From Ophelia neglecta (Eukaryota): a DNA stretch of 64,000 nt. Both the position numbers and the translations under genes were made by a program. The stretch spans positions 23,002,001 through 23,066,000 of the forward strand of contig OZ260662.1 in the NCBI GenBank assembly GCA_965285935.1, given 5' to 3'. A model generated the notes under the pieces. It was not told where the DNA came from. It was given only the letters and a program-made list of their open reading frames with translations, and did no database searches. Positions 1 through 51,352 of the stretch are shown one piece after another. Each line of letters starts with the position of its first letter. Within the stretch, counting starts at the first letter, position 1.

Positions 1-37559
<37,559 letters not shown>

Positions 37560-38589
37560 CTGAAAAAAACAAAATGGTGGAGCTTAGCAACTAGTGCCAT
37601 CTGGTGGAAAGAGCATGAGTAAGACCAAAGACCAGATCAAAGCCGAGAAGACATTCAGAACACATGGACAACCAGATGTGAATTTGTCTTCAACATTTTC
37701 AGCACTGGAAAAAAAGAATTGGAAAGTCAGAAATGGTTTTGAGAATATTAGATCACAAATTTAAGAAATGGGTTTTTGAGGAAATTTAATTGTGTACCAC
37801 TACTAGTATAAGATCTAGAGGGCCTTTTCATATTTTTGCTGGAATTAAATTACACAAGATAGAAAAATACCAAAATTAGAAATAAGTTCCTTTCAAACTT
37901 TTCTGACTTTACAGTAACAAGTGGTTATAAACAGCTAATTAAATAAGATTTAAATTTTAACATGTGCATCAAGGTGAGGCTTAAGATTATCAAATGTATT
38001 GCAATCACTGTACAACTGGTTTCTATATATTATCACCACAATTTTTGAAGGCAGCATCTGATAAAAAATAAGAATTTTCATTTCAGTCTACTTGTTTTTT
38101 TATGTTGCTATGGCAACAAATATAACTAAATAGCACTAAAACCTAATCAGTTGATGTTTAGGCTTTGCCTCCTCATCCCCCAAAATGTTTCCGTGGTACA
38201 AACGGGTGTAGGGGGTGGGTGATCCTCCCTTTCTTCACAATATGTAGTTAGCCAAAAATATCCAACTATTTTAAATACAGCAACATTGAAAGATATTACT
38301 CCAAACCTCCAAACAGGTTCTGCTGAAACATCACGTGAAAACACCAAAATAAATCATGACATGTTTGTATCAAATGATGTAACAAACATGACCTGTTTAT
38401 TGTTTTTCTAGGAAGTAAAACACATCCAATCAAGAAGGTCTGTCCAGTGGCATGACCATAATTAACACAATTAGCCTGCTCATTAGGCTCAGTGTTCTGT
38501 GACTTGACACAATCCAAGTCCATGGCTTCAAAAACAACTGTCTGTCATCATTACAATGTGTTGATCATACCACTGTACTTGTGTGATTA

Positions 38590-38746
38590 CAGTGAAACCT
38601 GTCTAATCAGGTCAGTTAAGGGACTGGAAAAAACTGACCACATTATGTAGGTGACCTTAATAGGCAGGTCAGTTAACACAAGCATAAACGGGGATTGGAC
38701 TATTGTTTAGTGTCTTTAGTGGGCAGGTGACCTCATTAACAAGTTA
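38590..38746. mobile_element. Second, 3'-truncated copy of the Tc1/mariner-like MITE at 63150
   Basis: TA plus CAGTGAAACCTGTCTAATCAGGTCAG identical to the 63150 copy; similarity continues about 150 bp; right TIR missing. Confidence 0.75.
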
Positions 38747-38856
38747 CTGGACATTATCACATATAACATAAAATGTGATTTCTCTGTCAGCAAACACAGA
38801 AACCCCACAAAACAAGACAGATTTCTGGCACATACATATTATAGTCCTGACTGGAT

Positions 38857-39068
38857 TAGTACAATTCTCAGTGGAGCTGCCCACTCTCAATAATGTCAAC
38901 TTGAAGGGGACTTAACTCTCTGAGTTGTCATGCCTGGCAACTGATAAAGTGCAAAAGAAGGGAAAGGAGGGTCCACTTCAAGGGACCCAGAGTCAGACTA
39001 GGATTTGGGACCCCCTAAAATGACACAATAAAACAGTACAGTGCACAGCCTCACTGAGAATGGTTCTA
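38857..39068. mobile_element. MITE of the same family as 50687-51352, uninterrupted and diverged
   Basis: Ends TAGTACAATTCTCAGTG / CACTGAGAATGGTTCTA; shared internal GGGTCCACTTCAAGGG. Confidence 0.7.
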
Positions 39069-39901
39069 GTAAAAACAAGAAGCCCCCACAGAGGAAAGAG
39101 CCCAATACACTCTTACTTATATAAATGTTTATTTGTACCAGCGAAGTCAATTTCTTCTCCAGCACAACAAATAATTATATGTTTAAATCCCTGGCGCATA
39201 TACCTGTGATCTTGTTCAACTGCAAAAGAATGAAAACAATGTGTTTGTCTAAGTTTTTTTGTTTATACATTGTCCTTGGAAACCCTGTCAGTTTACTGAC
39301 CTCAATATCAGACACTGACCAGGGTAAGGAGCACCACCATTGTTAGATCATCACCATATATATAAATATAATGAATTTATCTATAAGTAAATTTAAACTG
39401 GTCAAATAGCACAACTGAGTGACTAATTATACCATTACTTCACCAAATCCCTTTATGGTGAGGCTGATGGAACTTAAGTCAGATTCCTAAAAGAACCAGG
39501 GCTGTGTTTTCAACACCCAAATCACAGAGGCATTTACACAAGCTAGAAAACAGAAGCAGGCATATCAATACATATAAATATTAGTCTTAGTGACTCATCA
39601 CACTCATTATTCACTCTTCCCAGAATTTGGGATGAATTATCTGTATTTTGTTTCCAGCAGACTACCTTCGCAGGCGGGTCTCTGGCAATGAAAGGTAAAC
39701 ACCGTGGGTATCTAGCAGGTCTGCCTGCCAGATACATACAACCAGCCTAGCATAATGAGTGGAGGCTAGAACTCTGACCTCAACTGACTCATCTGACATT
39801 AATCTACATGCATGTACTAGGTTCTTACTGGCCAAGGACCAATGACTGCAGCAGTATACCTATCTCTAATACTGAACCTGATAAAACAAAGATGTACTCA
39901 C

Positions 39902-39974
39902 TTTTCTCCGGTTTCCGAGCCAACTTATTGGCGATTTTTGAATAAATATAGGTTAGCCCTTTGAGCTTCATCAT
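39902..39974 (-). CDS. Abl: Candidate Abl alternative first coding exon (1a-like), MMKLKGLTYIYSKIANKLARKPEK
   Basis: GCCATG start context, 24 codons plus 1 nt, consensus donor AAA|gtgagt at 39901, phase 1 matching the 37559 acceptor. In-frame stop upstream at 40014-40016. No homology recognised. Confidence 0.55.
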
Positions 39975-42900
39975 GGCCTTGTGTGATGTCGCCCGTCGGC
40001 TAATATCAAAGTTCTACGCAGGTAAGCTTAGAGCTTTCTGTACTACTCTCACTACCACCATGGAACCCATGCAAATTCACAGTGATTCAGAGTGACTCCC
40101 GATACCTCAGATCAGATCCCTCAGATCAGGTTAACAATATCCAATGGTTGGTCACTATCTCACATTCTCACAGTAATGGCATTCTCACACTGTGTTTTGT
40201 TCACAAATACCTGAATAATGTTAAACTACACAATCCACACAAAACCCTTAGACAAACTGAACAAAAAACTGGTTATATATCGTTGGTAGGCCACAGTGGC
40301 CAAACTGAACGATTATTATCTAAATATGTCATCGTTTTTGCAGGCTGACATGAGACCGGAGCTGGTAGACATACTATCACCGCCTGGGTACAGCCTGCTG
40401 GCCCTATGGGTGCATGACAATATGTGAGCTGTCTAAGGCTGGTTAAGATACTCCACCGCTATTTCTGCCTGCAGTCTCACTCGTGTCTGTATTACTAGAT
40501 CATTAAGCTCCGAGGCCAATGTTTACATTTCAGCGTAGTCCATAGCTCCGGCAGTGTCTTCAGTTCATGAATTAATAATCCAAATTTATACCATCAGAAG
40601 CTACTCACATCCCTTGCACTGAGATTTGGGGTGGTAAAATCCGGTTTAACCACCGCCTACACCCATACCGATGTTAGACTTGAGTTGGCACCCACACGAT
40701 AGAGCTCTCTAGCTCACAACATCAATCTTGGTGAACACATCCTCCCCTCAGAGCCGGCTCAGATCGCTTCAGATCGGTGGAGACAGAAGGGGAGATGGCA
40801 GAGAGACGGAGACTGATGTGCACATTACATATACCGCCACTGACGTGAGTAGTTTTGCTCCGGATAGGACCCTGTCTAGACGAACCACCGTTTTACGATA
40901 AATCAAGGAACTCGGAGAAGGAATGTAATTACTAAATGTCTCTGCTAAACAGCCTGATTTGATTTAACAATGAACCACCGATCTGGGCTGAACATGAAGT
41001 CAGAACTGGCTTATAACCTGAAGTCTTCCTACAGAGAACAGCTTGATCATAACAGAGCTCCTCCACTGCCAATGCTGGTGGAATATGGATAGAATTAATA
41101 TTACTATCGCATAAAAACAACAGATTTCAGTAGAGGCCCTGTCAGATATGATGTATAGCTGTACACTTAGCCTGTAAGGTACTGTACATTATGAATTGTT
41201 AATAGTCAGACCTCAAACCCGCTGATGATGTAAAACGTAGAGCTGGAGGTAGAGTGACATCACTTAGTGAAAGTAAAGACATGACATCAAATCTAAACAT
41301 ACAATAAGGCCTTGTCCTACAGCTGATGTCAGGTGACCTAGCATTGAAGGTAAAAGTCCAATTCTAAATCCCTATATTCAACAACCTATACTCTCTCAAA
41401 CCTGCCAAATACAGGAGTTATTTACACACAAAACAACGATCCAGATTCATTCCCCTGTCACAAATCACAATTATATTTCAGCTGTTCCCAAGACAGTTCC
41501 ATGTTCTTCAGGACAAACAGGAAGAGACAATGAGTTGCCCGCCAGACGAGCATCCATCAGATCCCAAATGATATCCCAAGAACCCGTCGGAGGCTTCCAC
41601 AATGAGCTCTCCACCTGCCTGTTTTCACTGCACTCTCTCTCACTGCAGACTTCACAACATAAACAAGCTGCTGTGATTGGCTGCTCACACTGCAGCAATC
41701 ACGGACAGGTAACGGAAGTTAATGATTTTGGCGGTCACTATGCCCTCCTAAACATCCATCAGGGAAATGTCTGCCAAGAAGCCGAATGGCTTCATCAAGA
41801 ACAAAACTCAGGAGCTACATAACCTACATCCATTGTGCTGTAAATTCACATCTAGCTCCTGCCTCATTGGTCTATTACCACATTTTATGGAGTCAGAGGG
41901 TGATCGCTCAGCTGGCTGTGCTATACCATCACCTGATCAGAAGATGCCAGGCAGGGCAAACATTGATAAGCTGTAGGAAAAACATGTTCAATGAACAAGT
42001 GGGCATGGTTCTGAATCTTAAAAATTCTGATGCATTCTGATAGAATCACTTTTTCTTTTTATCAGTGAAGAGACACATTTTGAGGGAGTTTCTTCAAGAT
42101 TGTTATGGCAAAGTGGGAAGAAATGCAGTAATTGTACAACCTACACTTAGGATTAAGTATTTAAGTGCAAACAGCTGGTTAACAGTGTATAATTGTGTTT
42201 AATCTTATATCATACATGCAGCTAAGCTCCTACAACTTTAAGCCCCCCACCCCCTCCCACTTTCCCCCATGCCATATGCTATCTGAAGGCAACTCTTTCT
42301 AATTTGTATGCGTTCTAAATCTAACCCTGATCATATACACGTCTCCGTGTTAACCTAACCATAGCCCGGATCCCTCCTCAGAAACCCTGAGTGAGGTGAT
42401 CTCCGGGAGGTCCAAGAGAGGCGTGCCAGGATCCACAATCAATCAGATCCGTGTGTGTGTGGGGGGGGGGGGGGGGAGGTGATCTCAGGGAGATCCACAA
42501 CCAGATCTTACAGTCCCCTAAGAGATAGCAGCCCTCTCTACCTGCCAGCATGTATCTGATCACCAAGGTTAACACCCAGCCTAGTCACAACAATCCAGGC
42601 TTCGGAAAATACACATGGCCCTGATTAGACTGGTGAAGTCAGAGTCAGAGACAAGGGCAGAACATGGCTGTAACAAATGATAAACTATTAAAAAATAACA
42701 AATATAGCTAACACAGAGTTTGTAGCCTTCTGGATCTCTGGCAGGGAGGATTTGGAAACAATTTCTCCTGTTTATATGAAACATTGTGATCATGTGATTT
42801 GCCTGGATCAGACATCATGTGGATTACACTCACAAAACAGTTATTTACCCCAGACCACCTTGACGTGGTGCCATCTGTTAGCAGGGGAATATAGCATAAA

Positions 42901-45900
42901 TGTTCTGTGTAATATATTAATTTCATGTGTATGATACTGGTGAGCTCAGCTGCTGGCTGGTAACCGAGCTTTAAATATATAAATGTCACTAGACCCAGAG
43001 ACAACAATGGTGGTGGTCTCGCTGAGGAGGCAACATCACCAACAGACCATAATATGTCTCATCTATCACAGAGAAACTCCACTCGTATGTACTGTGACTA
43101 AAAACAGACAGAACACGGCCTCAGGATTACCAGCCCTCAGGATTACCAGCTGAGGGAGGGCTAGGTCTCCTAAACATGATTACAGCTACACAATGGCAGC
43201 CTCAAATGATGTACTGCAGGTTTCGTAGACAGAGCAGCTTACAGGCGGGGTCATAGAGACTTTATACATGGCCACGCTCCATACTACCTGGATGGGATAT
43301 CAAGCATTTTTACTCAACAACCAGCCATGCCTCCTCACACCCCCCACCCACACATCCCCTCTCAAATCCTACCCACCCAACTCCATCTGTAGCACCCGAG
43401 ATTTTCACTCTCACCCCATCCAGCCAATGCCCACAATATCACTCACCCATTAACACATCCCTCACTTCCCAGGCCATCTATACCCAGATATTGTACCCCA
43501 TATTCTTACATGGCATCATGTTTTCAAAGCCTTCCAACCTATCCCAGTACATAATATCACCCCATCCAAACCCATCCCCCTGTCTGTTCCATCAGCCATG
43601 CCATGCTGCCCCCCCCCCCCTATCCTCTCTTCCGTCTCTCTTCTCCCCTATTCCTTTGTCCTCTGTATCAGCCACTGAATCCTCCACCCCCTCCTCCTAT
43701 CTTCTCCTGCCTTCCCCACCTTCACTTCCCCCACCCAACCCCCTCCCTTCCCTCTCTTCCCCCCTCTCAGCTCCCTTCCTCCCCCTGTAGGTAGTATTTC
43801 CAGAGTAGCTGGCTCCAGTCAGTATGGTGTCCTATTGTGCAGTGATGGGTTCAGAGTATCATAGTGATAATCTGGGTGATAGCTCAGCTGACAGTCAATC
43901 CAGGAGTTACCCGGTATCTCCCTCCGCCACATCAGACATGCATTGAGGATAGCTCAGGGATCATGATCTAATCTCATCACTGGGCTGGAGACTGCACCAA
44001 ATATCACCAACATCACTGAGAAATAACCAAACCCATCAGCTTAATTAATCACAAAAACCAAAACCTTGATATTATCTAATCTACATGTACCTGAAATTAA
44101 TAAATCACTGAAAACGAACTGTTTATAGAAATATTAATTGATGTCATTATTTCAGAAATGTCGACCAGGATCAATGCAATAATAAGGCCATCAATTTAAA
44201 ACAAATTATCCAGTGTACTGTATACAAAATAACAAAACTTTGTCTTGAAGCCATGTAGCTTTTCTGGGTTCTTGCTAGTTACCACTGATCCGTCTAATCA
44301 CACAGTAATCTCCGACCCGTTGGTGCCGCCTCACAGCACACACTGAGGAAACCTGAGTTATGTGCCAGATTATAAACCCATATTTCCTTGGCAGTTGTCA
44401 AATCGGAGTAGACCACCGTGTTTTGTGAGATCACTTTCTATAAATAATATAATTCTTGCTTTGTAAACTTTCTGACAGACAGCCAGATGAAAATATCCTG
44501 CAGCGATTCACTTAAATTGTCATGAATGACATGAACAAATACACTGGTGATTCAGTGGAGATATTTAATAAGAGAATAGCACTAAGGTGAACCTGGCAAA
44601 ACAACAAGCACTGACGAAACACAAACACCGTGCATACTTCATGAGGTGTAAATAGCAGGTATCATCACAAACATACCAACGATATTACCATGCAAAATAT
44701 ACCAGAGATCAAACAAAACTGGAGCTAGATATTTGTAGAAGGAGCCCTTCGCTGGATTCCAAGCCTCCTTCATGTGTTTTATGGTCATTAATGATATATA
44801 TTTCTCTCAGCAGTCTATAAATGAGGCATTCTGGTCTTTAGAAAATACAAATCTACATTAGTTACATAAATTATTTAATACCTCATGGTCTTTTCTACCA
44901 AGGAAGTAGTATACATCTACAGCTATTTCTATGCCTAATTATCACACTACTTACCAGTTATCTTAGCCCCATATTGTGTATAGCAGCAATACTGGGGTTC
45001 ACTTTTTGCAACATACTGGATTCATCAACACTTAAAGTAGACAAAGCATCCCTACCTACCACCCCCCTCCTGGTAGAGATTTGGCCCTTAGCCCCGCTGG
45101 TAAATCCCTGAGGGACACCCCCACTCCCTAAACATACCAGGTCGCCTCTTATTAATACCAAAAATCCTAGGTTAGCCAGTGAGGGTTGTGTGGTAATTAT
45201 TTGTCATAGCTAGTCACTAGGTGGCAGTGTTTGTCATAGCTAGTCAGTAGGAGGCAGTGTCAGTCTTATTTAGTCACTCTGAGGCAGTGTATGTCTAATC
45301 TTGACACTAGGTGGCTGTATGTAGCTAGTCACTAGGGGGCAGGGTGAATTGTGTTTATGGCCACAGTCCATCCAACTTCCTCAGGAATTCTGCCCCAATC
45401 CCGACACAGCATGTCCAAACCATGGGCTTCTCAGTGGCATCAGTAACGACATGAGGGACAGGAGGTGAAATACAGGAACACCTCAAGGCTAAATAACAGG
45501 GTCAAACAGGCCCAAATAGCTCTCAAATAGCAAATCACAAGATATCAGATACCAAAAGCTGAAAGGATGATTTAAAATCAATCAGACATTCCAGACCTTT
45601 CACTCTAGATCAGCCAGATACCTCTATATTTATTTACCATGAGATGTCCTCTCACAGCCAATTCTTAATCAGAGCCAAACTCCTTGAAGGGATGAAGTTT
45701 CAATTCCAGGTAGCTCTGTGATCTGTTGGCTCCAGGTAGCCCTGTGAAGGGTCTGGAGACTGGAGATATGTTGGAGGGGGGGGGGAGAGGAGGGGGCAGT
45801 TACAAGTACATGTACATGTACATGTCAGAAGGCCTTATAGTCATTGTATAATCATAGAGAATTATGTGTATACATAAAACCATTAAGATCAAGCCTGACT

Positions 45901-46199
45901 GCTCAAGACCGATGCTCTGTGTATTTATAAACTTTACCCTCATCTTTACAACCATATCTTTTGCAGCAAAATTCAATAGTTGGCCAATGAGTTTGCTTAT
46001 TCACAATGACTTTTATTCAATAAATATAGTACTGAGACTGCACTGACAGAACACAAGTAAAGTTAACACCAGCAATTCATTATCTCATTGTTGTTTAAGA
46101 GCAACAGATGTTTTAAGCTTTTAAGTCTTAGAGCAAGTGAATTATTTCATTAAATTTGTAAGAAAAAATGCTGATTATGGCATGAGGAAATCAGAGTCA

Positions 46200-46730
46200 C
46201 TGTAAAGAAGGGAGTAACTGTAATGAAGGGAGTAACTGTAATGAAGGATGTAACTGTAATGAAGTGTAACTGTAATGAAGGTTGTACCTGTAATGAAGGG
46301 TGTAACTGTAATGAAGGGAGTAACTGTAATGAAGGATGTAACTGTAATGAAGGGAGTAACTGTAATGAAGGATGTAACTGTAATGAAGTGTAACTGTAAT
46401 GAAGGTTGTACCTGTAATGAAGGGTGTAACTGTAATGAAGGGAGTAACTGTAATGAAGGATGTAACTGTAATGAAGTGTAACTGTAATGAAGGGAGTAAC
46501 TGTAATGAAGGGAGTAACTGTAATGAAGGTTGTACCTGTAATGAAGGGTGTAACTGTAATGAAGGGAGTAACTGTAATGAAGGATGTAACTGTAATGAAG
46601 AGAGTAACTGTAATGAAGGGAGTAACTGTAATGAAGGGAGTAACTGCAATGAATGTATATAAAAGGGTGATACTTTAATGTTGGGTATTACTGTAATGAA
46701 GGGTGATACTGTAATGTAAGGTGTTCCTGC
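46200..46730. repeat. 18-bp minisatellite (GTAACTGTAATGAAGGGA) with 16-bp variants
   Basis: Read directly. Confidence 0.93.
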
Positions 46731-49700
46731 AATGTAGAGTACAGTATTGGTGGACAACTATGCTGGTCAGAATCACATATTCAGCTATTCAGATTGGTGT
46801 CGGCCATCGGCAATTTGCCGATTTTTTTTTTAAATGGCCAAAAATAATTTGGAGTTTCAGACAAATGTCCGAATGAAAAACTAGCCAACGGCTTGGTGCT
46901 TTGTTCGCTGATTATTCAATTTTCGCCAGCAAATGTCCTAAAGCTAATTCAGGCTAGCAATATCACTGCATATTTGGTGGCTGTAACTAAAATACTTATA
47001 CTTGTATACTCTCAAACATCAAAGGAATTTAATTATGTTATCGTTTGCTTTTTACAGAATTGCATTTTATTATGTCAATTTTGATTTAGTTATATAGGTT
47101 CAAAATATCAAGAGTTCAACCACTGGGAAGCTGTACACACCATAGCCTGTGAAGGAGGTGTTCTGTAAGCCTCCGAGGAGCCATCAATCAGAGCAGACGG
47201 ACACCTGACCTGGCCTGTCTAGCAGTGAGGAATGCTGGGTGTATTTCAGGGCCAATCAGCACGTCTGTTAGCTCGACCCTCCTCTACAGCTTAAAACACA
47301 TGATCTCTAAATATCACTCAATCACAAGTATTTATTTAACATTTACCTGAAAACATCAGCTAGATAGACTTCAAATTTTTCTCTGACTCCTGCAATACCA
47401 TGTAAGGAGGAACATTCATACTACTACAGCCAATAAGAACACTTTTAGGGTGGGAATGGGGGGGAATAACATCAGTGCCTATCTGTTACAACATTCTGCC
47501 ATTTATTGCAAGTTCAAATTTGATACATGCATAAGAAACATGTGATGAAAGACTAGTAGTATTATTGTTATGCATGATTTAATAGCATTTTTATCAAAAG
47601 ACAAATTTTTTCCTAAGTTAAAAGCCTAGTGATTTGGTTCACATTAAAGTGTTCTGAACTTGGGCGTTTGTCTAATACACTGTGGAATGTGAACAAGTAC
47701 GCTCCATATCTTCCTAGAATTGTACCTAGTACCCCTCTCTCAGATCATTAATTACTAATAAAACATTGCCTACAGTACACAATGAAAGGTTAACAACTCC
47801 ATTGCTGTTTAAATCCGGAAGCACGATCATGATCAATTGTAGATGAAGTAGTGGGTTGGTTTGGCCTTCCCCACCTGTGTGGAGACTTGTCAAACTACTG
47901 ACAAGTACATCCTGGAGTAGGAAGATCCTGGGACAGACAGCTCATAGAGAACCGACTGACCCTGGTACACTCAAACACCCGTCTTTATCAGAACACCTCC
48001 ACAAACACAAACACACTACTTACAGCAGATATCTGGTGACAGGTGGCAGCAGCATACAAAGTCACCTACACAGAAACTGTCCCAACTAAAGAAAATTCAT
48101 ACTACTAAAAGTATTGTCATTCCCGACCAATCAATTTGACCTATAAACACAAGTTTCGTTCAACAAGTGCTTGCTAATGACACTGAATACTTTACATGGT
48201 GATAAAAAGTGTATAAATATTTATTAAAGCCCCGTGACAGGTTTGGAGTATGGCACTACATACTTAGCCCTGTGGGTATCGCCTGACATTAGGCACAGAT
48301 AATGTAGAGGACAGCCATAATACCATCACAACTATTTATGTTTAACAGACATTTTATCAGAAACTGGACCTCAATAAATCCAGTGAGAAGTAAGTGTATT
48401 AGACAAGTGTTGAGTCATACACATCTAATACGAATCCAGCTTTAGGCAATATAATACTGTTGAACTGGGTTTTCACCAGACAGCCACAAGTGTGTTTTGG
48501 GATGTAATTATCAGGGGAGCCAATGAAACATGTCAGAAGGTAAACACTGTTTAATGTGCTGACAAAAAACTATGGCTTGAGGTGTCTTTATCAATCACTG
48601 GTAAACTGACACCGATCACAAGACCCTCAAGACAGGCTACTGATACTGAGGGGGGGGGGGGGAGGGCCAACAAAGACAGGCTACTGAGGAAGGGGGCAAC
48701 CAAGACAGGCTACCACGGGGGGGGGGGGGACTCACCCAAGATAGGCTACTGAGGGGCGGGGGGAACTCACCCAAGACTTCACAGGGCTACCTGGACAAAA
48801 AAAGGTTTAAACACACTTTAAATCAGCTTTAGTAGACAGCTCCTTTGTAAGTAACCAAACATTATCTTAGAGAATGTGGTTGACACCTGTCAAACATGGA
48901 TACATTATTACCACACATATTATTAAGACAACCTCTGCAGTTCACCCTTGCTTGGATGCAGGAAAGCTAATACTAAACAGTTGGCAAGGTGGGAATGCAG
49001 CATACTGAAACAATTAAATAAGGGCTACGTTTTCTTTTTTTCCAAGGAGGGGGGGGGGTTAATTTTTGATGCTGTAAGGTCATATAAACAAACAACTGTA
49101 GGTTGGGGCAGGGATTTTTGTGTGGGTTTGATTTGCTCAACTTATTATACTGAACTGCACACACCAAGTTCTAGACCAGGAAAGAGGAAGTGCAATTCAT
49201 AGTCACTGTGCAAGAATACAAAAAAATGTAAAATAGGGCACATGTTTAAATGCAGTGGGGAATTGTGGCAATAAACTTGTGTCAAACTGTTGGCCACTAA
49301 AGCAAGCCTTTTTTTTTTGAGGTTAGAATTAGACTGTTACTGGCTAGCCTTCTCCTGAGGGAGATATTGTACTTGCTGTTTGCAAGTCACTTCAATAACC
49401 AACTTGCCAAATTGGCTGGTAAGATTACTTCAGAGACTTTCAAGCAACTTGTACAATATCCCTGTCTTCATACATGTCTACAGTAAATATATATATATAG
49501 TCATCATTGATTTGTGATGGCAGTTTAATATACTGCTTTTCAAATAAACAAACAAAGTTAAAAGGCCATTTAGCATATACTAATACTATAATGGTTATAA
49601 TAGGTTCATACCAAATCGAGACAGCAAAAACTTATTAAGTCACAGGTAAACATGTGAATACTTGTACTGTTAGGTCTGTAAAGATTCATTGACACTTTAG

Positions 49701-50686
49701 ATCCCTGGATGTCCAGGTAAACAAGGAAGTGATCTCAGTTTAACAGGTATCTCCTGCTGAGCTGAGCCACTCCCCTGTGTGTGTGTGGGGGGGGGGGGGG
49801 GGCAATGATAGTCATACTAACAAGAGCTGACTGACTGAGAACCTTACCATTGAAACAGGTCTGACACCTCTCCTATCCATTCATATTCAAGCCAGTGTTT
49901 CGACAGTACTTTTTAAATAAGCCCAGCACATCCATTAGATAATAATTAACTTATTTTTAGTCCAAAACAATGGCCACAAATATCAAAGCTCCATATCTGG
50001 ATTTACAAAATGTCCATTAAACATTGTTGTTATTCACTGTAACAAAGGTACCTAGAGTTTTGATGTTTTCAGACTGGTATTACCGGGCTTATTTAGGTCA
50101 TTACAAGTTGCTATGGCAGGATTTAAAGGTAACTTTTTCCGTTACTGGACTGTGCTACGTTACATGGAGATTTGGTGTAAGTCCCCCATCTGTTATGGGT
50201 CTTGTTTACCTTGAAGTTTACTAGAAGTTTTCACTAGACTCATGTTAGCTTCAAAGCCTGCTTCTCTAAAGTCTACAGTCTGTTTGCCAAGTCAAGTCAA
50301 GTCATGCCACCACAAAGACTTGAAATCACTACCCCACTTATTAAAATAACTCTACGAGTATATCCCTTAAAAGTCTATTATGTAAGCTCTGTGTTATTGC
50401 ACAATCACATCCTACAACTTAACCTAAGTAGGAGCTAAGAGGGCTAACATAGACCAAAATTATATCCTTTATCCTATAAAAAATCTTAAATAATTGGAAA
50501 GCTTTGGCTTAAGTTAATATAAGATGTAATTACAAATGTATGATAATGTTTGTGTGGTATTTCCTATTATTTCTAATCTGACTTCTGGTATGTGCTGAGC
50601 CTAAGCCCCAGGTAGTACATAAACTTGGTGAGATTGCTGGCATGCATGTACCTGTAACCCCTACCAACCAATTATATACTCTATTG

Positions 50687-51352
50687 TAGAATCATTCTCG
50701 GTGACACCGCCCACTTTCACTGACGGGAACAGTCAGTTGATTAGGGAATAGAACTAGTGATGGGAGTTGGTTTGATTTTCATAATCGATGATTGGTTCAG
50801 ACAAACCTATCGATGATTGAGAGAATCGGTTCTACAAATTTCAAGTCCTGTAATTATTAATAAAGTGACGCCAACACAGTGGCTTGCATCACAGCCGGCC
50901 AGCACTGATAATACCGCCCTCTGCTGGCATTAGGATGGGAAGGTTTGCGAAAAGACCGAAAACACAAGTATCATGGTAAACAAAGATGGCGACTGCGAGA
51001 AGTTGATTCAGCCACACAGAAGAAAAGACACTGGATATATACAGATAAATAAACACGAGGAGTTAATGACTGTGAACGGATTAAATCGATAGTGGATTTT
51101 TTATCTAAACGCTTGGTTCCTACGGCTCACCAACCGACTTTGGATTATAATCGATCATCTGCCCATCACTAAATAGAACCCACCCTCTTGGGTCCCTGGA
51201 TGTTGACCCCCTTCTCCATGGGCTGCTCTCTGGCCAGAGGACAATTAAGGCAAACCAAGGGGAGGGGGGTCCACTTCAAGGGCCTTAGTCAACTACAAAC
51301 AGCGACAACAGGGACACCAGTGAAGAGGGCAGCACCACCGAGAATGGTTCTA
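50687..51352. mobile_element. Older MITE interrupted by the hAT MITE
   Basis: 17-bp TIR TAGAATCATTCTCGGTG / CACCGAGAATGGTTCTA (one mismatch); related copy at 38857-39068. Confidence 0.75.
50755..51171. mobile_element. Non-autonomous hAT-type MITE, 417 bp
   Basis: Perfect 10-bp TIR TAGTGATGGG/CCCATCACTA; perfect 8-bp TSD AATAGAAC at 50747-50754 and 51172-51179; repeated subterminal ATCGAT motifs. Confidence 0.88.

Noticed and set aside
40014-40070. MG-starting ORF as the myristoylated exon 1b
   Set aside because: Stops after 18 codons with no phase-1 donor.
46197-46757. ORFs such as (LQLLPS)n and (CNEGSN)n
   Set aside because: 18-bp minisatellite artefacts.
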